From UHGV virus genome UHGV-0072853: 10,782 nucleotides of DNA; one strand, 5' to 3'. The stretch comes from a virus. The notes below the pieces were generated by a model. The model ran no database searches and had not been told where the DNA came from. It saw nothing but the letters and a program-made list of their open reading frames with translations. Below are positions 8,166-10,782 of the stretch, in pieces. The position numbers and the translations under genes were made by a program. How positions within the stretch are numbered: position 1 is the first letter of the stretch; each line of letters begins with the position of its first letter.

Positions 8166-8489
8166 ATGAAGATGCCAGAAAAACATGACCTGTTAGCCGC
8201 CATTCTCGCGGCAAAGGAACAAGGCATCGGGGCAATCCTTGCGTTTGCAATGGCGTACCTTCGCGGCAGATATAATGGCGGTGCGTTTACAAAAACAGTA
8301 ATCGACGCAACGATGTGCGCCATTATCGCCTGGTTCATTCGTGACCTTCTCGACTTCGCCGGACTAAGTAGCAATCTCGCTTATATAACGAGCGTGTTCA
8401 TCGGCTACATCGGTACTGACTCGATTGGTTCGCTTATCAAACGCTTCGCTGCTAAAAAAGCCGGAGTAGAAGATGGTGGAAATCAATAA
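8166..8489 (+). CDS. S: Holin S, class I, lambda type (107 aa; antiholin S107 from Met1, holin S105 from Met3)
   Basis: [107 protein letters not shown] matches lambda S in my memory, including the MKM dual start. Confidence 0.9.
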   Translation: MKMPEKHDLLAAILAAKEQGIGAILAFAMAYLRGRYNGGAFTKTVIDATMCAIIAWFIRDLLDFAGLSSNLAYITSVFIGYIGTDSIGSLIKRFAAKKAGVEDGGNQ

Positions 8490-8949
8490 TCAACGTAAGG
8501 CGTTCCTTGATATGCTGGCGTGGTCAGAGGGAACTGATAACGGACGGCAGAAAACCAGAAATCATGGTTATGACGTCATTGTAGGAGGAGAGCTATTCAC
8601 TGATTACTCCGATCACCCTCGCAAACTTGTCACGCTAAATCCGAAACTCAAATCAACAGCCGCCGGGCGCTATCAGCTTCTTTCCCGTTGGTGGGATGCC
8701 TACCGCAAGCAGCTTGGCCTGAAAGACTTCTCTCCGAAAAGCCAGGACGCTGTGGCACTGCAGCAGATTAAGGAGCGTGGCGCTTTACCGATGATTGATC
8801 GCGGTGATATCCGTCAGGCAATCGACCGTTGCAGCAATATCTGGGCCTCACTGCCGGGCGCTGGTTATGGTCAGTTCGAGCATAAAGCTGACAGCCTGAT
8901 TGCAAAATTCAAAGAAGCGGGCGGAACGGTCAGAGAGATTGAGGTATGA
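8473..8949 (+). CDS. R: Endolysin R, lambda-type lytic transglycosylase (158 aa)
   Basis: [83 protein letters not shown]... matches lambda R in my memory; 158 aa; overlaps the S stop. Confidence 0.9.
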   Translation: MVEINNQRKAFLDMLAWSEGTDNGRQKTRNHGYDVIVGGELFTDYSDHPRKLVTLNPKLKSTAAGRYQLLSRWWDAYRKQLGLKDFSPKSQDAVALQQIKERGALPMIDRGDIRQAIDRCSNIWASLPGAGYGQFEHKADSLIAKFKEAGGTVREIEV

Positions 8950-9404
8950 GCAGAGTAACCGCGATTATCTCCGCTCTGGTTATCTGCATCATCGTTTGCC
9001 TGTCATGGGCTGTTAATCACTACCGTGATAACGCCATGACCTACAAAGAGCAGCGCGATAACAAGGCCAGTGAACTGGAGAAGGCGAACGCCACCATCGC
9101 TGACATGCGGAAGCGTCAACGTGATGTAGCAGAACTCGACGCAAGATACACAAAGGAGCTTGCTGATGCTAACGCGACTATCGAAAGTCTCCGTGCTGAT
9201 GTTTCTGCTGGGCGTAAGCGCCTGCAAGTCGCCGCCACCTGTGCAAAGTCAACGACCGGAGCCAGCGGCATGGGCGATGGAGAAAGCCCAGGACTTACAG
9301 CAGATGCTGAACTCAATTATTACCGTCTCCGAAGTGGGATCGACAAGATAACCGCGCAGGTTAACTACCTGCAGGAATACATCAGGACGCAATGCCTTCG
9401 ATGA
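8946..9404 (+). CDS. Rz: Rz i-spanin (152 aa)
   Basis: N-terminal transmembrane segment [30 protein letters not shown], then a coiled-coil-like region; same start and architecture as lambda Rz; overlaps the R stop (ATGA). Confidence 0.85.
   Translation: MSRVTAIISALVICIIVCLSWAVNHYRDNAMTYKEQRDNKASELEKANATIADMRKRQRDVAELDARYTKELADANATIESLRADVSAGRKRLQVAATCAKSTTGASGMGDGESPGLTADAELNYYRLRSGIDKITAQVNYLQEYIRTQCLR
9166..9351 (+). CDS. Rz1: Rz1 o-spanin lipoprotein, embedded in the +1 frame of Rz (61 aa)
   Basis: AGGAG 7 nt upstream of the ATG at 9166. [20 protein letters not shown] has a signal peptide and lipobox (VSAC), followed by the proline-rich [13 protein letters not shown] typical of Rz1. The supplied ORF 9160 start is an upstream TTG. 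Confidence 0.7.
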   Translation: MLTRLSKVSVLMFLLGVSACKSPPPVQSQRPEPAAWAMEKAQDLQQMLNSIITVSEVGSTR

Positions 9405-9579
9405 TAGCGATAATTTTACTCATCATCCTTCACATTTGGCTCTGTAGGCAGGGTGGTGATCACTTCTGGAGTGAATCCAGATTAAACATCTCATTGCTGA
9501 TGCTTGAAGTTGAGCATCTGGCGCGCGGTAAGGGGCTGCGTTGAGATAAGAGCCAGTTCATTACAAATACCAGGATTTA

Positions 9580-9603
9580 GCCTCGCATTCGCGGGGCTTT
9601 TTA
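9580..9603 (+). terminator. Intrinsic terminator downstream of Rz
   Basis: 7-bp stem GCCTCGC / GCGGGGC (one G-U pair) with loop ATTC, followed by TTTTTA. Confidence 0.6.
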
Positions 9604-9746
9604 TATCTGAATTTCACAGCGCATCTCACGCGCATATTAACGAGAGCCTTTCAGTAAGCGAGCCTGAGAATTGCCGTTATAGGTGGCGACCTCTCTCGGG
9701 CGGCTTTTCTGTGAGACAGGCTCACTTTCTAAAAGGTAAAGACGCT

Positions 9747-10244
9747 ATGAAAGCAATCACGCTTTTTAATACACCGATCCGTGTTGATGAATCAGGAATG
9801 ATCTGCCTCACTGATATGTGGAAAGCCAGTGGTAAAAGTGAATCTGAATCGCCTTACCACTACCTGCGAAACAAGCAGACCAAAGAGTTCTTAGCCGAGC
9901 TGGAGAAAAACCACGAATCTGTGGTTTTTACTGAGCGCGGTGTACACGGTGGAACATATGGCGGGAAGTTTGTTGCATACGATTATGCGGCTTGGTTAAA
10001 CCCCGGGTTCAAGTACGCGGCCTATAAAGTCCTCGATGACTACTTCACCGGAGAACTTCAGCATCGCAACAGCTTAAGTGCGCAGCTCAACATGAAATGT
10101 CATGAGTTTGACCAGAAGAAAGACATGGCGAGCTTCTGCGGACAAGGGCTGGCAGCATGGCGCTATACGAAGCCAGTGTTGGTCGCTGAGATTAACTCCC
10201 TGGCTAACCAGCTGCAGATTACGATCCCCGGGCTTCCGGGATGA
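9747..10244 (+). CDS. KilA-N domain protein (165 aa)
   Basis: ATG at 9747 with AAGG about 11 nt upstream. MKAITLFNTPIRVDESGMICLTDMWKASGK...GGTYGGKFVAYDYAAWLNPGF fits the KilA-N / APSES-like DNA-binding domain pattern. The supplied ORF 9504..10244 has an 81-codon 5' extension that I consider non-coding, since it contains the terminator. Confidence 0.65.
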   Translation: MKAITLFNTPIRVDESGMICLTDMWKASGKSESESPYHYLRNKQTKEFLAELEKNHESVVFTERGVHGGTYGGKFVAYDYAAWLNPGFKYAAYKVLDDYFTGELQHRNSLSAQLNMKCHEFDQKKDMASFCGQGLAAWRYTKPVLVAEINSLANQLQITIPGLPG

Positions 10245-10498
10245 GTGATCGTGTCATTGAATGCGCCTCCAGAGCGGGGCGCGACTTCTCAGAGTTCATG
10301 AAAGGCGAGAAGGGCATGATGGAAGCATTGGCCTCGGTGGATGAGTTTGGCGAGCAGCTGCGCCTCAACGGCTGTGTCAATCATCACTTTGTTAGCTACA
10401 TGATGCGGAACTCGATCATGCAGGCATTCATGGACATGGCAAAAGCCGAGAGGAAAGAAGAGCGCCGGCGTAAGCGAGCGGAAGCAAAAGCGAAGTAG
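10241..10498 (+). CDS. Hypothetical charged protein (85 aa), translationally coupled to the KilA-N gene
   Basis: ATG overlaps the KilA-N stop (ATGA at 10241..10244). Acidic N-terminal two-thirds and a strongly basic tail (KAERKEERRRKRAEAKAK). I recognise no domain. Confidence 0.55.
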   Translation: MSDRVIECASRAGRDFSEFMKGEKGMMEALASVDEFGEQLRLNGCVNHHFVSYMMRNSIMQAFMDMAKAERKEERRRKRAEAKAK

Positions 10499-10782
10499 CC
10501 ATTACAAAGCCTATCTACGGGTGGGCTTGATAATGAAACCGGAGTTAATTTCTGGTCACTAATTAACAGCAGTACCACGAAACAACCCAAGCCAGTAAGT
10601 GGGGAAATAACACTGGCAGCCACTGAAAGATGAACCTCCTGCCTTATGGCAAAAAAGATTCTTTGTGGTGGCGGACTGATGGAAAGACATCGGTTATTGC
10701 AGAGACCATTCAATGAGTGGTCTCGACAATGGCTTATACCCTACACGGGATAACTTAACTGATATCCCTTTTAACGGATAAA

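Noticed and set aside
9504-9746. N-terminal 81 codons of the supplied ORF 9504..10244
   Set aside because: This stretch contains an intrinsic terminator and a promoter-like sequence. The KilA-N domain starts at the internal ATG 9747, which has an RBS.
10396-10713. 105-aa minus-strand ORF
   Set aside because: Begins at a TTG, has no RBS, and overlaps the 3' end of the + strand 85-aa gene; it contains a hydrophobic stretch but this is insufficient evidence.

Overview
This window reads as a contiguous early-right to late-left segment of a lambdoid (enterobacterial) prophage, almost entirely on the + strand. All calls rest on reading the sequence and the supplied ORF translations against remembered phage lambda, 434, P22 and Q-family proteins; no search was run. 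In order: (1) a phage-434-type immunity region, with divergent cI (partial, minus strand) and cro separated by three 14-bp ACAA-N6-TTGT operators; (2) lambda-like nutR boxA/boxB and a cII gene, with a strong minus-strand terminator in the cII 3' end (oop-like antisense); (3) a small basic ORF, then a P22-like replication module: an O-type initiator with internal iterons, AT-rich tract and GC hairpin (ori), and a DnaB-family helicase instead of lambda P; (4) a tR2-like terminator and a lambda-like nin region (ninB, ninC-like PP-loop/PAPS-reductase-fold protein, ninD, an acidic 119-aa ORF in the ninE slot, ninF, ninG, ninH, ninI phosphatase); (5) a Q antiterminator of the QuuD/933W/21 family with a PR'-tR' unit; (6) a lambda-like lysis cassette (S with dual start, R, Rz with embedded Rz1); (7) a two-gene module after the lysis cassette (KilA-N-domain protein plus an 85-aa charged protein) with its own candidate promoter and upstream terminator. 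No rRNA, tRNA, CRISPR array, transposase or integrase is visible. The best candidates for undescribed biology are the post-lysis KilA-N module, the acidic ORF in the ninE slot, and the compositionally odd ninC-like gene; their functions are inference only.
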